The notes: a model not told the origin generated them from the sequence alone. A stretch of 64,000 nucleotides of DNA from Acidimicrobiia bacterium (GCA_026002975.1 BPGJ01000005.1:74693-138692), one strand, 5' to 3'. Numbered from the stretch's first letter, positions 38,465-48,870 are shown. Numbers and translations: made by a program.

Positions 38465-39319
38465 TCAATACTCGTAGAAACCCCGCCCGGTCTTCCGGCC
38501 CAGCATCCCCGCCTCGACCATCCGGGTGAGTAGGGGCGGCGATGCATACATCGGTTCCTTGTACTCGTCGAACAGCACGTCGGCCACGTGCTTCATCGTG
38601 TCCAGACCGATGAAATCGCACAGCTCCAGCGGGCCCATCGGATGGTTGGCGCCGAGCTTCATGCCCGTGTCGATGTCCCGCGCCGACGCGAACCCGGCCT
38701 CGTACATGCGGATCGCCCCCAGGAGATAGGGCACCAGCAGCATGTTGACCACGAACCCGGCCCGGTCCTTGGCGCGGATCACGGTCTTCCCCAGCGTGTT
38801 GGCCGCGTAATCCTCGGCGATGGCCTCCACCTCGGCCGACGACCTCACCGTGGTGACCAGCTCCATCAGCGCCATCACCGGAACCGGGTTGAAGAAGTGC
38901 ATACCCACCACCCGCTCGGGCCGGCCGGTGGCGGCGGCCAGACGGGTTATCGGGATCGACGAGGTGTTGGAGGCGAGGATCGCTTCCTCGTGCCCCAGGA
39001 TGTCGTCGAGTCGGCGGAAGATCTCCTTCTTGAGGTCCTCGTCCTCGGTGACCGCCTCGATCACGAGCTGGCGGTCTTCGAATTCGCTCAGGTCGGTGGT
39101 GAAGGTGATCCGCCCCAGGGCGGCGTCGCGGTCCGACTCCGACAACTTCTGGCGTTCCACCGCACGGTCGAGAGAGGCGACGATCCTCTGACGGGCCTTG
39201 TCCAACAGCTCCTGGGTGGGTTCGGACAGCAGAACGTCCGAGCCTGCGCGGGCCGCCACCTCGGCGATGCCCGAACCCATCAGACCGCCGCCGACGATGC
39301 CGATTCGTTGGATCTTCAC
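38465..39319 (-). CDS. 3-hydroxyacyl-CoA (3-hydroxybutyryl-CoA) dehydrogenase
   Basis: 284 aa from GTG 39319 (GGAGGG RBS); 'IGIVGGGLMGSGIA', 'ASNTSS', 'HFFNPVPVM', 'GFVVNMLL'. Confidence 0.88.
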   Translation of the reverse strand: MKIQRIGIVGGGLMGSGIAEVAARAGSDVLLSEPTQELLDKARQRIVASLDRAVERQKLSESDRDAALGRITFTTDLSEFEDRQLVIEAVTEDEDLKKEIFRRLDDILGHEEAILASNTSSIPITRLAAATGRPERVVGMHFFNPVPVMALMELVTTVRSSAEVEAIAEDYAANTLGKTVIRAKDRAGFVVNMLLVPYLLGAIRMYEAGFASARDIDTGMKLGANHPMGPLELCDFIGLDTMKHVADVLFDEYKEPMYASPPLLTRMVEAGMLGRKTGRGFYEY

Positions 39320-39363
39320 CTGGTTCCCTCCGGTCGCTTCCGTTCCCCCATGATGCCACCTGG

Positions 39364-40365
39364 CTACCGGGTGGCGATCGAACGGTCGGTGCGGAGATGG
39401 CAGGCGGCGAGATGGTCGGCCCGGTCGGGTCCGGGCGCGAGATGGGGGACCTCGACGTCGCACAGGCCGGGTCGGGCGATGGGGCAGCGCGGATGGAAGT
39501 GACACCCCGAAGGCGGGTCGAGGGGCGAGGGGATCTCGCCTTGAAGGACCATCCTCCGTCGGGGACGGTCGGGGTCGGGGATCGGGATCGCCGACAGCAG
39601 GGCCTCGGTGTAAGGGTGGAGGGGGGACCGGTAGAGGCTCTCCCGGTCGGTCACCTCGACGATCCGTCCCAGGTACATGACCGCCACCCGATCCGAGACG
39701 TGTTCCACCACCGCGAGGTTGTGAGCGATGAACACCATGGTGAGCCGCAGCTCCTGCTGGATCTCCTTGAGCAGGTTGAGCACCTGGGCCTGCACCGAGA
39801 CGTCCAGGGCCGACACCGGCTCGTCGGCTACCACGAAGTTGGGTTCGAGGATGAGCGCCCGGGCGATGCCGATCCGCTGACGTTGCCCCCCGGAGAACTC
39901 GTGCGGATAGCGGCGGGCGTGTTCCCGTTTCAGTCCGACCAGCTCCAGCATCCGACCGACCCGTTCGTGCCTCTCGTCGCGGTCGGTCACCCCGTGGATC
40001 CGCAAACCCTCGGCGATCGACTCACCGACCGGTGTGCGGGGATCCAGGGAGCCGTAGGGGTCCTGGAATATGATCTGGGCGTTCCTACGGAACCAGCGGA
40101 GCTCCTTTCCGCGGAGATGGGTGACGTCGCGGCCGTCGAACTCGATGGTTCCCGAAGTGGGTTCCAGGAGACGGACCAGCATCCGTCCCAGGGTGGTCTT
40201 GCCGCATCCGGATTCGCCCACCAACCCGAGGGTCTCTCCCCGCCGGATCTCGAGGTCGACCTCGGAGACGGCTCTCACCCAGCCGACGGTCCGCTGGAGG
40301 ATGCCGGCCCGGACGGGGAAGTCCTTGGAGACCCGGATGGCTCTCACCAGGGGCTGGTCGCTCAA
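39364..40365 (-). CDS. peptide ABC transporter ATP-binding protein (OppF/DppF-like)
   Basis: 'GESGCGKTT', '[15 protein letters not shown]', '[10 protein letters not shown]', C-terminal oligopeptide-transporter Cys/His tail. TTG start in a TTGA overlap with the upstream ATPase; the start is uncertain. Confidence 0.85.
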   Translation of the reverse strand: MSDQPLVRAIRVSKDFPVRAGILQRTVGWVRAVSEVDLEIRRGETLGLVGESGCGKTTLGRMLVRLLEPTSGTIEFDGRDVTHLRGKELRWFRRNAQIIFQDPYGSLDPRTPVGESIAEGLRIHGVTDRDERHERVGRMLELVGLKREHARRYPHEFSGGQRQRIGIARALILEPNFVVADEPVSALDVSVQAQVLNLLKEIQQELRLTMVFIAHNLAVVEHVSDRVAVMYLGRIVEVTDRESLYRSPLHPYTEALLSAIPIPDPDRPRRRMVLQGEIPSPLDPPSGCHFHPRCPIARPGLCDVEVPHLAPGPDRADHLAACHLRTDRSIATR

Positions 40366-41363
40366 CCCGCCTCCCCCGGTTCGTGGTACAGCCAGCAGCG
40401 AACCAGATGCCCCTCCTCCACGGGAAGGAGCTCGGGTTCTTCCTCGAGGCAGATCTCCAGGCCGGCCTCCAGACGGGCCCGGCATCGGCCGGCGAACCGG
40501 CACCCGGGGGGCAGGTCCACCAGGTTGGGCACCACCCCCGGAATCACCTCGAGCCGTTCCTTGACCTCACCGAGTATGGGAATGGATCCGATGAGACCCT
40601 GGGTGTAGGGGTGCCGTGGGCTCTTGAATATGGTCCTCACGTCGGCCTCCTCCACGATCCGGCCGCAGTACATCACCGCCACCCGGTCTGCCATCTCGGC
40701 CACCACTCCCAGGTCATGGGTGATGAGGATGACCGCGGTTCCGTAGTCGTGTTGGAGGTTGCGCATCAGGTCGAGGATCTGGGCCTGAATGGTGACGTCG
40801 AGGGCCGTCGTGGGCTCGTCGGCGATCAGCAGGTCGGGCTCCAGCGCCAACGCCATGGCGATCATCACCCGCTGGGCCATCCCACCGGAGAGCTCGTGCG
40901 GATAGGCTCCGGCCCGTTTCCGGGGGTCCGGAATACCTACCTTCTCGAGCATCTCCACCGCCTTCTCCTCCCGGACGTGTTCCTCCATCTCCTTGCGGTG
41001 GAGCTCGAACACCTCGGAGATCTGGGCACCGACCCGGTAGACCGGATTCAGGGACGAGGTCGGCTGCTGGAAGATCATCGAGATGCGTTCCCCCCTGAGG
41101 CGGGCCATCTCCTCCCGGTCGAGCCGGGTGAGATCGACGCCGTCGAAGATCACCCGGCCTCTCACCACTCTTCCCGGATGGGGGATGAGACCCATGATCG
41201 ACAGGGAGGTCACCGATTTGCCGCATCCCGACTCGCCCACCAGGCCGAGGACCTCCCCTCGCCGGACTTCGAACGACACTCCGTCCACGGCCCGGACCAC
41301 ACCGTCGCGGGTGAAGAAGTGGGTGGCGAGATCCTCGACCCGGAGAAGCGGTTCCGAGGTCAT
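40362..41363 (-). CDS. peptide ABC transporter ATP-binding protein (OppD/DppD-like)
   Basis: ATG 41363 in an ATGA overlap. 'GESGCGKSV', '[15 protein letters not shown]', '[10 protein letters not shown]'. Confidence 0.88.
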   Translation of the reverse strand: MTSEPLLRVEDLATHFFTRDGVVRAVDGVSFEVRRGEVLGLVGESGCGKSVTSLSIMGLIPHPGRVVRGRVIFDGVDLTRLDREEMARLRGERISMIFQQPTSSLNPVYRVGAQISEVFELHRKEMEEHVREEKAVEMLEKVGIPDPRKRAGAYPHELSGGMAQRVMIAMALALEPDLLIADEPTTALDVTIQAQILDLMRNLQHDYGTAVILITHDLGVVAEMADRVAVMYCGRIVEEADVRTIFKSPRHPYTQGLIGSIPILGEVKERLEVIPGVVPNLVDLPPGCRFAGRCRARLEAGLEICLEEEPELLPVEEGHLVRCWLYHEPGEAG

Positions 41364-42346
41364 TCGTTGAGGCGGGGGTCGAGGGCGTCCCGCAGGCCGT
41401 CTCCCAGCAGGTTGAATCCGAGCACGGTCAGCATGATGGCCAGCCCCGGGAAGAAGACCAGGTGGGGGGCGGAGAAGATCTGGTTGCGTTCTTCGCCCAG
41501 CATGGTCCCCCATTCTGGGGTGGGTGGCTGGGCTCCCAGGCCGAGGAACGACAATCCGGCGGCCTCGAGGATGGCCGAGGCGATGCCCAGAGTGCCGAGA
41601 ACCACGAGGGGGGTGAGCGCGTTGGGAACGATCCGGGTGAGGAGGATCCTCGCCTTGGAGGCTCCCAGCGCTTCCGATGCCGCCACGAAGTCGAGCTCCT
41701 TTATCTGGAGCACAGAGGCCCTCATCACCCGGGCGTACTGCGGGATGCTGACGATGGCGATCGCCAAGAGTGCTTGTCGCAGGCCGCGTCCCAGAACGGC
41801 GACGATGGCTATGGCCAACAGCAGGGCGGGGAAGCCCAGCACCACGTCCATGATCCGCATGATGATGTTGTCGATCCAGCGACCCCAATAACCGGAGATG
41901 GCACCTAAGGCGGCACCCACCACGATCGCGATGGTGACGGTCGTGACACCGATCGTGAGGCTCACCCTCGCGCCGTAGACGATCCGGCTGAACTCGTCCC
42001 GGGCGTTGCCGTCCACGCCGAGGATGTGCTGCGGTTTGGAAGGATCACAGCCGAGGAGATGGATGCAGGGTGGGTCCCGCCGCCGGACGTCCTCCACGCC
42101 CAGCAGCACCTCGTTGGGGTCATAGGGGGCGAGCACCGGGGCGAACAGCGCCACCGTCACCCAGAACCCGATGATGATCATCCCGGCAATTCCGGTCTTC
42201 CTGCGGCGAAGCCGGATCCAAGCGGTCCGCCAGGTCGACACCGGGCGGTCGAGGAACTGCTGTTCTTCGGCCAAGGCCTCGAGCTCCGCCACCCGGGTCA
42301 TCCGGCCGTTCGAGGGACGTCGCGGAGGTATGGGCCGTTCACTCAA
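41360..42346 (-). CDS. peptide ABC transporter permease (OppC/DppC-like)
   Basis: 328 aa; binding-protein-dependent permease signature region '[20 protein letters not shown]'. Confidence 0.85.
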   Translation of the reverse strand: MSERPIPPRRPSNGRMTRVAELEALAEEQQFLDRPVSTWRTAWIRLRRRKTGIAGMIIIGFWVTVALFAPVLAPYDPNEVLLGVEDVRRRDPPCIHLLGCDPSKPQHILGVDGNARDEFSRIVYGARVSLTIGVTTVTIAIVVGAALGAISGYWGRWIDNIIMRIMDVVLGFPALLLAIAIVAVLGRGLRQALLAIAIVSIPQYARVMRASVLQIKELDFVAASEALGASKARILLTRIVPNALTPLVVLGTLGIASAILEAAGLSFLGLGAQPPTPEWGTMLGEERNQIFSAPHLVFFPGLAIMLTVLGFNLLGDGLRDALDPRLNE

Positions 42347-43418
42347 GGCGGATCCTCGGGTCCAGATAGGCGTAGGAGATGTCGACGGCCAGGTTCACCA
42401 AGACGTAGCTGGACGCCACCACTACGGTCACCCCCTGCACCACCGCGAAGTCCCGGGCGAATATGGCCTCGACCAACGCTCGACCCACCCCCGCCAGGTT
42501 GAACACCGTCTCGGTCAGGACCGCGCCGCCCAGTAGTAGTCCCAGCTGCAACCCTCCGATCGTGACCACCGGCAAGAGGGCGTTGCGGAGGGCGTGCCGG
42601 GCGACCACCCTCCGCTCGAGGGCACCCTTGGCTCGAGCCGTCCTCACGTAGTCGGCGCCGAGCACCTCGAGTAGCGAAGACCTGGTGATCCGTGCGATTA
42701 TCGCCATCGGGATGGTGGACAACGCGACCGCGGGAAGGATGAGGTGAACGATCGCGTCCCAGGCGATGGCCCATTGACCGGTGATCAGCGAGTTGAATAT
42801 GAAGTGGTTTGCCACGAACTCCATCAGGTCCCCGGTGAGGGTGTCGAGGTCTACCTGCCAACCCCACACTTCGTAGAAGGGCCGGGGCCGTATCCCGGCC
42901 GACAGCCGCCCCGACGGTGGTAGGGCGAGCGGGGTTCCCTTGAGTATCACCGCGAACAGGTACTGGAGCATGAGGCCCAACCAGAAGACCGGCATCGAAA
43001 CCCCGACGTTGGCCAGGGCCATGGTGGCGACGTCGACCGAGGTGTTGTGCCTCATCGCCGCGGCGACCCCCAACCCCACACCGACCACCGTCGCCAGGAA
43101 CAGAGCGGCCACCGCCAGCTCGATGGTCATGGGGAGCCTCTCGACCAGGATCTGAGCGACCGGCCGGCTGAAGCGGATCGACTCGCCCAGGTCGCCTCGC
43201 ACCAGCTTCCCCAGGTAGATCCCGAGCTGAACGGGGATCGGCTCGTTCAGGCCGTTCGCCTCGTAGAAGGCTTCGCAGGCTTCGGCGGTGGCCCGTTCGC
43301 CCAGCATCGCCTTGCAGGGGTCTCCCGGGATCATCCTCACCAGGAGGAAGACCACGACCACTATCCCGAGGAGGACCGGTAGGGCGTAGAGCAGCCGCCT
43401 GATGACGTAGTTGAGCAT
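42339..43418 (-). CDS. peptide ABC transporter permease (OppB/DppB-like)
   Basis: 359 aa; 'MLNYVIRRLLYALPVLLG', 'YVRTARAKGALERRVVARHALRNAL'. Confidence 0.85.
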   Translation of the reverse strand: MLNYVIRRLLYALPVLLGIVVVVFLLVRMIPGDPCKAMLGERATAEACEAFYEANGLNEPIPVQLGIYLGKLVRGDLGESIRFSRPVAQILVERLPMTIELAVAALFLATVVGVGLGVAAAMRHNTSVDVATMALANVGVSMPVFWLGLMLQYLFAVILKGTPLALPPSGRLSAGIRPRPFYEVWGWQVDLDTLTGDLMEFVANHFIFNSLITGQWAIAWDAIVHLILPAVALSTIPMAIIARITRSSLLEVLGADYVRTARAKGALERRVVARHALRNALLPVVTIGGLQLGLLLGGAVLTETVFNLAGVGRALVEAIFARDFAVVQGVTVVVASSYVLVNLAVDISYAYLDPRIRLE

Positions 43419-43473
43419 CGGAGGGAGGGAGAGGCGGGGAGAGGGGTTGGGACCCCCCCTCCCCGAGTTTCGA

Positions 43474-45159
43474 TCACTTCTCCTGGTTCATGAGGCCGTT
43501 CCAGAGATAGGTCGGATACTCGAATGCGCCCGTGTTACCCACGTGGAGCGGACTGGTGGCGTCCATGGCCGCGCCCAGCGACACCACCACGTCGTTGGCG
43601 TCGAAGTCGCTCCCGTCGTGGAACTTGACGCCGTCCCGCAGGGTGCAGGTCCACACCGTCGAGTCCTCGTTGGGTTCACAGGCGGTGGCCAGCGCCGGGA
43701 CCACGTTGCCCTCCAGGTCGTACTGGAACAGCGGCTCCACCACCTGCTGGCAGGCGGACAGCGACTCGCCGTCGGTCTCGTCGGCGCAGTACAGGCTGAT
43801 CGGCTCGGCGTTCTGCATGAAGACCAGGGTGTCCTTGCCCGGGTTCATCAGCTCGAACTGGGGCGCCCCGAACACCGGCCACGGGTCGGCGCCCTCGAGT
43901 CCGGCCACCGACGCGCCGGCGGCTGCGCCGTGGGCGATGGGCACCATCGGCACCAGCTCCTTGATCGCGTTGTTGGCCTGCTCGTAGAGGGGAGCCGCCT
44001 CGTCGGGGTCGGCGATCCGGGCCGCCTGCTCCAACGGCTCGTAGATCTCGGGATGCACCGCGCCGAACTGCGGGTTGGTTCGACCGAAGTGGAAGTCGAG
44101 GAAGTTGGTCACATGGGGGTAGTCGGCACCCCACCCCAACAGGTACATCGGGTAGTTACCCGCGGTGGACTCGGCGATGAACTCACCCGACTCGATCACC
44201 TGCACCTGGGCGGTGATCCCCAGGTTCGCCTGGAGCTGGGCGGCGATCTCGTTGGCAACCGCCCCCGGTTCGGGCAGGTAGACCCGGAACACGTCCCGGT
44301 AGTAGATGGTGGTCTCGAACCCGTCCGGATAGCCGGCTTCGGCCAGGAGCTGGCGAGCCGCGTCGGGGTCGAACTCGTACCAGTCCTCGCCCTGGCAGCC
44401 GTTGGGGATCGAACAGGGGGTGAAGTGGGACGCCACCTCCGACCCCTCCGGGTAGAAGTTGTCGACGATCCTCTGCCGGTCGATTCCCATGGCGATCGCC
44501 TGCCGGACCCTCACGTCGTCGAAGGGGGTGAAGTTGGTCGACATCCCCAGGTAGAAGATGTTCGGGTTCCGGATCGGCAGGAGCTGCAGATTCGGGTCCG
44601 CCTTCACCGCCTCGATGTCGTCGGTGGCCAGGTTGGTGATCATGTCCACGTTGCCCGACTGCAGCTCGATGAGACGCTGCGCCGACTCGGTCGCCCACCT
44701 GAACACCAGGGTGTCGAAGGCGGGCGGACCGTCCCAATAGTCGGGGTTGGCCCTGAACACCACCGAGTCGCCACGGTTCCACGCATCGAGAACGAACGGC
44801 CCGGTACCGATCGGGTTGTCCAGGGGTGCTCCTCCAGTTGCCTCCAGATGCTCGGCCGGCTGGATACCGAACGGGGTGAAGGCCATGATCTGGGGGAAGG
44901 CCGGGACCGGGTTACACAGCGTGAACCGGACCGTCAGTCGGTCGAGGGCCTCGATGGAGAGCATGTTCCCGGTCGATTCACAATCCGGAGCCCCCACGGT
45001 GAGACCTTCGAAGGCTCCCGTGGTGGGTGTAGTGGCTTGGGTGGTCGTGGTCATGCCACCCGGTTCGGTGGTCGTCGTCGTGGTGGTCTCCGTGGTGGTC
45101 CCGCCGCACGCGGCGACCACCAGCGCCACCAATGCGAACAGGATGGTCATTCGTCGCAT
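43474..45159 (-). CDS. family-5 peptide/nickel ABC substrate-binding lipoprotein
   Basis: ATG 45159 (GGGAGGAA RBS). 'ILFALVALVVAAC' lipobox, Thr-rich linker, then 'GTGPFVLDAWNRGDSVVFRANPDYW'. The track ORF start at 45273 is upstream of the RBS. Confidence 0.86.
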   Translation of the reverse strand: MRRMTILFALVALVVAACGGTTTETTTTTTTEPGGMTTTTQATTPTTGAFEGLTVGAPDCESTGNMLSIEALDRLTVRFTLCNPVPAFPQIMAFTPFGIQPAEHLEATGGAPLDNPIGTGPFVLDAWNRGDSVVFRANPDYWDGPPAFDTLVFRWATESAQRLIELQSGNVDMITNLATDDIEAVKADPNLQLLPIRNPNIFYLGMSTNFTPFDDVRVRQAIAMGIDRQRIVDNFYPEGSEVASHFTPCSIPNGCQGEDWYEFDPDAARQLLAEAGYPDGFETTIYYRDVFRVYLPEPGAVANEIAAQLQANLGITAQVQVIESGEFIAESTAGNYPMYLLGWGADYPHVTNFLDFHFGRTNPQFGAVHPEIYEPLEQAARIADPDEAAPLYEQANNAIKELVPMVPIAHGAAAGASVAGLEGADPWPVFGAPQFELMNPGKDTLVFMQNAEPISLYCADETDGESLSACQQVVEPLFQYDLEGNVVPALATACEPNEDSTVWTCTLRDGVKFHDGSDFDANDVVVSLGAAMDATSPLHVGNTGAFEYPTYLWNGLMNQEK

Positions 45160-45180
45160 GGATCGTTCCTCCCGTTTCGA

Positions 45181-45202
45181 ACGCCCGTCCTGTGACGGGC
45201 GT
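45181..45202 (-). terminator. stem-loop between the SDR gene and the ABC-transporter operon
   Basis: ACGCCCGTC (45181-45189) / GACGGGCGT (45194-45202), 4-nt loop. Confidence 0.4.
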
Positions 45203-45239
45203 CCCCCAACCCTACCCGATACGGAAGGGGCGGTGTGTG

Positions 45240-46016
45240 TCAGATCCCGACCAGTTCGGAGGCCTTCTCCCACACCTCGCGGGCCAACCGGTCGTCTCGG
45301 GCCAGGGGAGAGGGGTCGACCGGTCGGCGATTCGACCAGTAGAGGCCGCTACGTCCCTCGACCTCCGGGTCGGCTGCGCACATCAGCACCGTGGTCGCCC
45401 CCTGCTCGGGGGTGAGGAGTCTGCGGGTGTACAGCCACCGGAGAGGCTGCGGCATCCGCCGCCAGATCCCGGTGGCCACCACCCCGGGGTGGACCGCGTA
45501 GACGTCCACGTCGGACCGCCGGTGGGCGAGTTCCCGGGACCAGGCCACCATCGCCAACTTGGAACGGGCATACTCCGGGAAGCCGGTGAGCGACCTGGTC
45601 GGACCCCGCACGCCGTCCCAGTCGATTCCCTTGGCTCGGTAGTGGGCGTGCGAAGCCACGTTGACCACCCTGCCCGACGCCAGCCGGTCGCCCAGCAGGG
45701 CCGTGAGCAGGAACGGCGCCAGGAAGTTGACCGCGAACATCAGCTCGAAACCGTCTTCGGTCACCCCGCGTTCGGCCGTGCCCGCATTGTTGACCAGGAT
45801 CCCGATCTCGGAGGGCAGCTGGTCGGCGGCCTGGCGGACCGATGTCAGGGACGACAGATCCACCACCAGATGCTCGGCGTCGCCGCCTGCCCGGGCGATC
45901 TCCTCCCGGACCCGAAGCAGGCGGTCCCGGGAACGACCGACCAGGACCACCGGGAACCCCATCTCGGCGAGTCGGACCGCCACCACCCTTCCGATCCCCG
46001 AGGTCGGCCCGGTCAC
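45240..46016 (-). CDS. short-chain dehydrogenase/reductase (SDR)
   Basis: 'TGPTSGIG', 'NNAG', 'YARSK'. GTG 46016 would delete strand beta-1. The in-frame extension to CTG 46043 gives 'LTVPRRPAVVTGPTSGIG'. Confidence 0.8.
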   Translation of the reverse strand: MTGPTSGIGRVVAVRLAEMGFPVVLVGRSRDRLLRVREEIARAGGDAEHLVVDLSSLTSVRQAADQLPSEIGILVNNAGTAERGVTEDGFELMFAVNFLAPFLLTALLGDRLASGRVVNVASHAHYRAKGIDWDGVRGPTRSLTGFPEYARSKLAMVAWSRELAHRRSDVDVYAVHPGVVATGIWRRMPQPLRWLYTRRLLTPEQGATTVLMCAADPEVEGRSGLYWSNRRPVDPSPLARDDRLAREVWEKASELVGI

Positions 46017-46039
46017 GACGGCCGGGCGTCGGGGAACCG

Positions 46040-46270
46040 TCAGCGGTACCTCCAGACGATCCGGCCCATGGTGGGGTCGTAGGTCGACACTTCGACGTCC
46101 ACCTCGTCGCCCGGCAGGATGCGGATCATCCGACCTCGCCGCATCCTTCCGGCGGGGCGGGCGGTCACCTCCAATCCTCCCTCGACCTCCACGATGAAGG
46201 TGGCGTCACGGAGGACCTGCTTGACCTTCCCCCGCATGCGTATGTAGTCGTCGGTGGTTTCGGCCATCAA
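46040..46270 (-). CDS. infA: translation initiation factor IF-1 family protein (S1-like OB fold)
   Basis: 76 aa. 'IRMRGKVKQVLRDATFIVEVEGGLEVTARPAGRMRRGRMIRILPGDEVDVEVSTYDPTMGRIVWRYR' aligns along its length with canonical IF-1. Non-canonical genomic context, so possibly a paralogue. Confidence 0.8.
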   Translation of the reverse strand: MMAETTDDYIRMRGKVKQVLRDATFIVEVEGGLEVTARPAGRMRRGRMIRILPGDEVDVEVSTYDPTMGRIVWRYR

Positions 46271-46527
46271 CCTCTACGTCGTGGCTCTCTGGGTCGTGCC
46301 TCGTTCACGTTAACCCTGCGGCCCCCCATCTCGGAACCGTCGAGGGCCTCGATGGCGCGTCTCGCCTCGTCGTCGTTGGGCATCTCCACGAAGCCGAAGC
46401 CCCTCGAACGCCCGGTCTCTCGGTCGGTTATCACCTGTGCCGAGTCCACCGCCCCGTATCGCCGGAAGGCAGCGGCCAGATCCTCTGAGTCGAAACGGAA
46501 GGGGAGGTTCCCCACGTAGATGTTCAT
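46267..46527 (-). CDS. RRM-type RNA-binding protein
   Basis: ATG 46527 'MNIYVGNLPF' (RNP2) and 'RGFGFVEM' (RNP1); Arg-rich tail. ATGA overlap with infA. Confidence 0.85.
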   Translation of the reverse strand: MNIYVGNLPFRFDSEDLAAAFRRYGAVDSAQVITDRETGRSRGFGFVEMPNDDEARRAIEALDGSEMGGRRVNVNEARPREPRRRG

Positions 46528-46687
46528 CCTGAGCCCATGCTCCTCGTTCCATGGTGCCTGCGGCACCTCGGCCTACCGACAGGTCGGCTGGAAGCACGGA
46601 CCCGTCGGAGCGACTCGTGTCGCCCGGGACGACAGCATAACCAGTGGAAGGGACCACCCATGCCCGGGAGCTAGCCTGACCGTTGCC

Positions 46688-47536
46688 ATGTATCGACTCG
46701 ATGATCCCGGTCCGCTGCTGGCCCCGGCCTTGGTGGTGGCCCTAGACGGATGGGTCAACGCAGGTCAGGCCGGCACCGAAACCGCCGAGGTGGTGGCGGC
46801 CGGCGGTCAGGTGGTGGCCGAGTTCGACTCCGACCTCCTCTACGACTACCGGGTCAACCGGCCCACCATCGACTTCGTGGAGGGGGTCATGCGTCGGGTT
46901 ACCTGGCCGGGCCTGGTCATGCGCCTCCGCCATTTCCCCAGCCGGGACGTTCTGGTGCTCAGCGGGGCGGAACCCAACTGGAACTGGAAACGGTTGGGTC
47001 GGGAGCTGGGTGAGTTGGCCTTGAAACTCGGGGTGGTGGAACACGTGTCGCTCGGAGGGATACCGTGGGCGGTCCCCCACACCCGTCCGGTCACCGTGAT
47101 CGTCACCGCCTCCGACCGAAGCCGCCTCCACCCCGAGGAGGAGCATCCAGAGGGGGTCCTCACCGTGCCGGGTTCGGCGGTGAGCATCCTCGAATACGAG
47201 ATGAACCGGTCCGGGATCCCCTCGACCGGACTGTGGGCCCGGATACCCCAGTACATCGGTGCTACCTACCATCCCGCGGTCGCCACCCTGCTGGATCGTC
47301 TGACCAGGCTCCTCGGCATCGAGATCGACGTCACCGAGGTGGAGGCCAGGGCGGAGGAGCAGCTCAGGAATCTCGACCAGATCGTGTCGGGAAGACCCGA
47401 CCTTCAGGCGATGGTCGCCCAGTTGGAGGCCCTGGCCGACGAACAGGGCGGCATGTCGGGTGAGCAGCTCGCAGCCGAGATCGAGCGCTTCCTCCGGGAA
47501 CAGGGCAACGGTTCGGGTCAGCTCGGTCAGAGCTGA
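46688..47536 (+). CDS. PAC2 (proteasome assembly chaperone 2-like) family protein
   Basis: 282 aa from ATG 46688; 'LVVALDGWVNAGQAG...LVLSGAEPNWNW...IPQYI', coiled-coil C-terminus. Confidence 0.7.
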   Translation: MYRLDDPGPLLAPALVVALDGWVNAGQAGTETAEVVAAGGQVVAEFDSDLLYDYRVNRPTIDFVEGVMRRVTWPGLVMRLRHFPSRDVLVLSGAEPNWNWKRLGRELGELALKLGVVEHVSLGGIPWAVPHTRPVTVIVTASDRSRLHPEEEHPEGVLTVPGSAVSILEYEMNRSGIPSTGLWARIPQYIGATYHPAVATLLDRLTRLLGIEIDVTEVEARAEEQLRNLDQIVSGRPDLQAMVAQLEALADEQGGMSGEQLAAEIERFLREQGNGSGQLGQS

Positions 47537-48870
47537 CCGGTGTCGCCTATGTCGAGGGACGCCAATCGGGCCGACCGCTTCTCCGGGTGGAAGACCGACG
47601 CATAGTCCGGTAGGCCGTCGCCGACGATCCAACCCGCGCAGAGATCCCCGGCCGCGGCCGCGGCCATGACCCCGTATCCGGAAAGGGCTCCGCACACGAA
47701 GTGGCCGTCGGGGCCGGCCGGACCGATCAGCGGGAGGTTCTCGCCGGTCTTGGTGTAGTAGCCACCGTCGACCACCGTCTCGGGCAAGGCGTCCCGGTAA
47801 CGACCCATCGCAGGCACCAGCCGGGCCATCCCCCGGATCACCACCTCCGGGTAGAGCGGGTCCTCGGGCATGGGGAATACGGGAGGATCCACCACCTCTC
47901 GGCGGTACTCCCACAGGGCCAACACCCAGGGGGATCCGGAGCCGCCTTCCGGTCGGCCGTGGCAGAAGCGGGGGAGCTCGCCGAGGAGGTCTTCCCGGCC
48001 CTCCTCGGCGAGGTGACGCCTCTCCTCGGGGTCCCAGTCGAGGGTCTGGGGGTCGGCCAGGATCGTCATCGGCGCCTCTCTGGGAAAGGCGCCCAGACGG
48101 TCACGGAACGCCACCTTGTGGTGGGCCTCGCAGTGCACCGGGAGGTCCACCCCGACCATGGCGCCGACCTCCTTCAACATGGGGCCGGCCGCGTTCACGA
48201 GCGTCGAGCAGGCGATCCGCTCGTCTCCGTCCAAGACCACGGCGGACACCCTGCCGGCTTGGACCTCGACACCTTCGACCGCGGCCCTCATGGTTCGGAC
48301 TCCTGCTCCCCGGGCCCTGTCGAGCATCACGGCGCCGAGCTGCTGGGCCGAAAGCCAGCCGGCCCGGCGGACCCACATTCCGGCCACGGCGTCCGGGGCC
48401 ACCCAGCCGAAGACGTGATGGAGGGCGGATCCGACCAGGACGTCGATCCCGTCGGGTACCCCCTCGAACCCGGTGGAGGGCGGCATCGTCACCTGGGGAT
48501 GGCGGTCCCGGTGGATCCTCACCGCCCCCGCTCCGAACCCCGCGATCTTCTCGCCTTGTTCGATCCACTCGTCGATCTGGTCGGGCCTCGCCGTGACGAA
48601 CAGGTAGCCCCGCCGGTTGAGGCCGAACACGTTGTCCGTCTCGACCGCCAGCTCCTCCAGCAGGTCGATCGACCGGTTCATGAACCGCACCATCGGCTCC
48701 GACGGCCACCAGTTCCGGTAGCACTCCGTCGACTTGTCCGACGTCAAAGTAAGCGGGGGGCGCGGATCCACCAACAGCACGTCACCCACGTTCCGCCTCA
48801 CCGCCAAGTGGAAGGCGGTGGAGATGCCGGCCAGGCCGGCCCCGCACACCACCACCTCGGCCCGGTTCAC
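47527..48870 (-). CDS. FAD-dependent oxidoreductase (DAO family)
   Basis: GTG 48870 in a GTGA overlap. Dinucleotide-binding 'VVVCGAGLAGISTAFHL'; C-terminal 'GALSGYGVMAA'. Confidence 0.75.
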   Translation of the reverse strand: MNRAEVVVCGAGLAGISTAFHLAVRRNVGDVLLVDPRPPLTLTSDKSTECYRNWWPSEPMVRFMNRSIDLLEELAVETDNVFGLNRRGYLFVTARPDQIDEWIEQGEKIAGFGAGAVRIHRDRHPQVTMPPSTGFEGVPDGIDVLVGSALHHVFGWVAPDAVAGMWVRRAGWLSAQQLGAVMLDRARGAGVRTMRAAVEGVEVQAGRVSAVVLDGDERIACSTLVNAAGPMLKEVGAMVGVDLPVHCEAHHKVAFRDRLGAFPREAPMTILADPQTLDWDPEERRHLAEEGREDLLGELPRFCHGRPEGGSGSPWVLALWEYRREVVDPPVFPMPEDPLYPEVVIRGMARLVPAMGRYRDALPETVVDGGYYTKTGENLPLIGPAGPDGHFVCGALSGYGVMAAAAAGDLCAGWIVGDGLPDYASVFHPEKRSARLASLDIGDTGQL

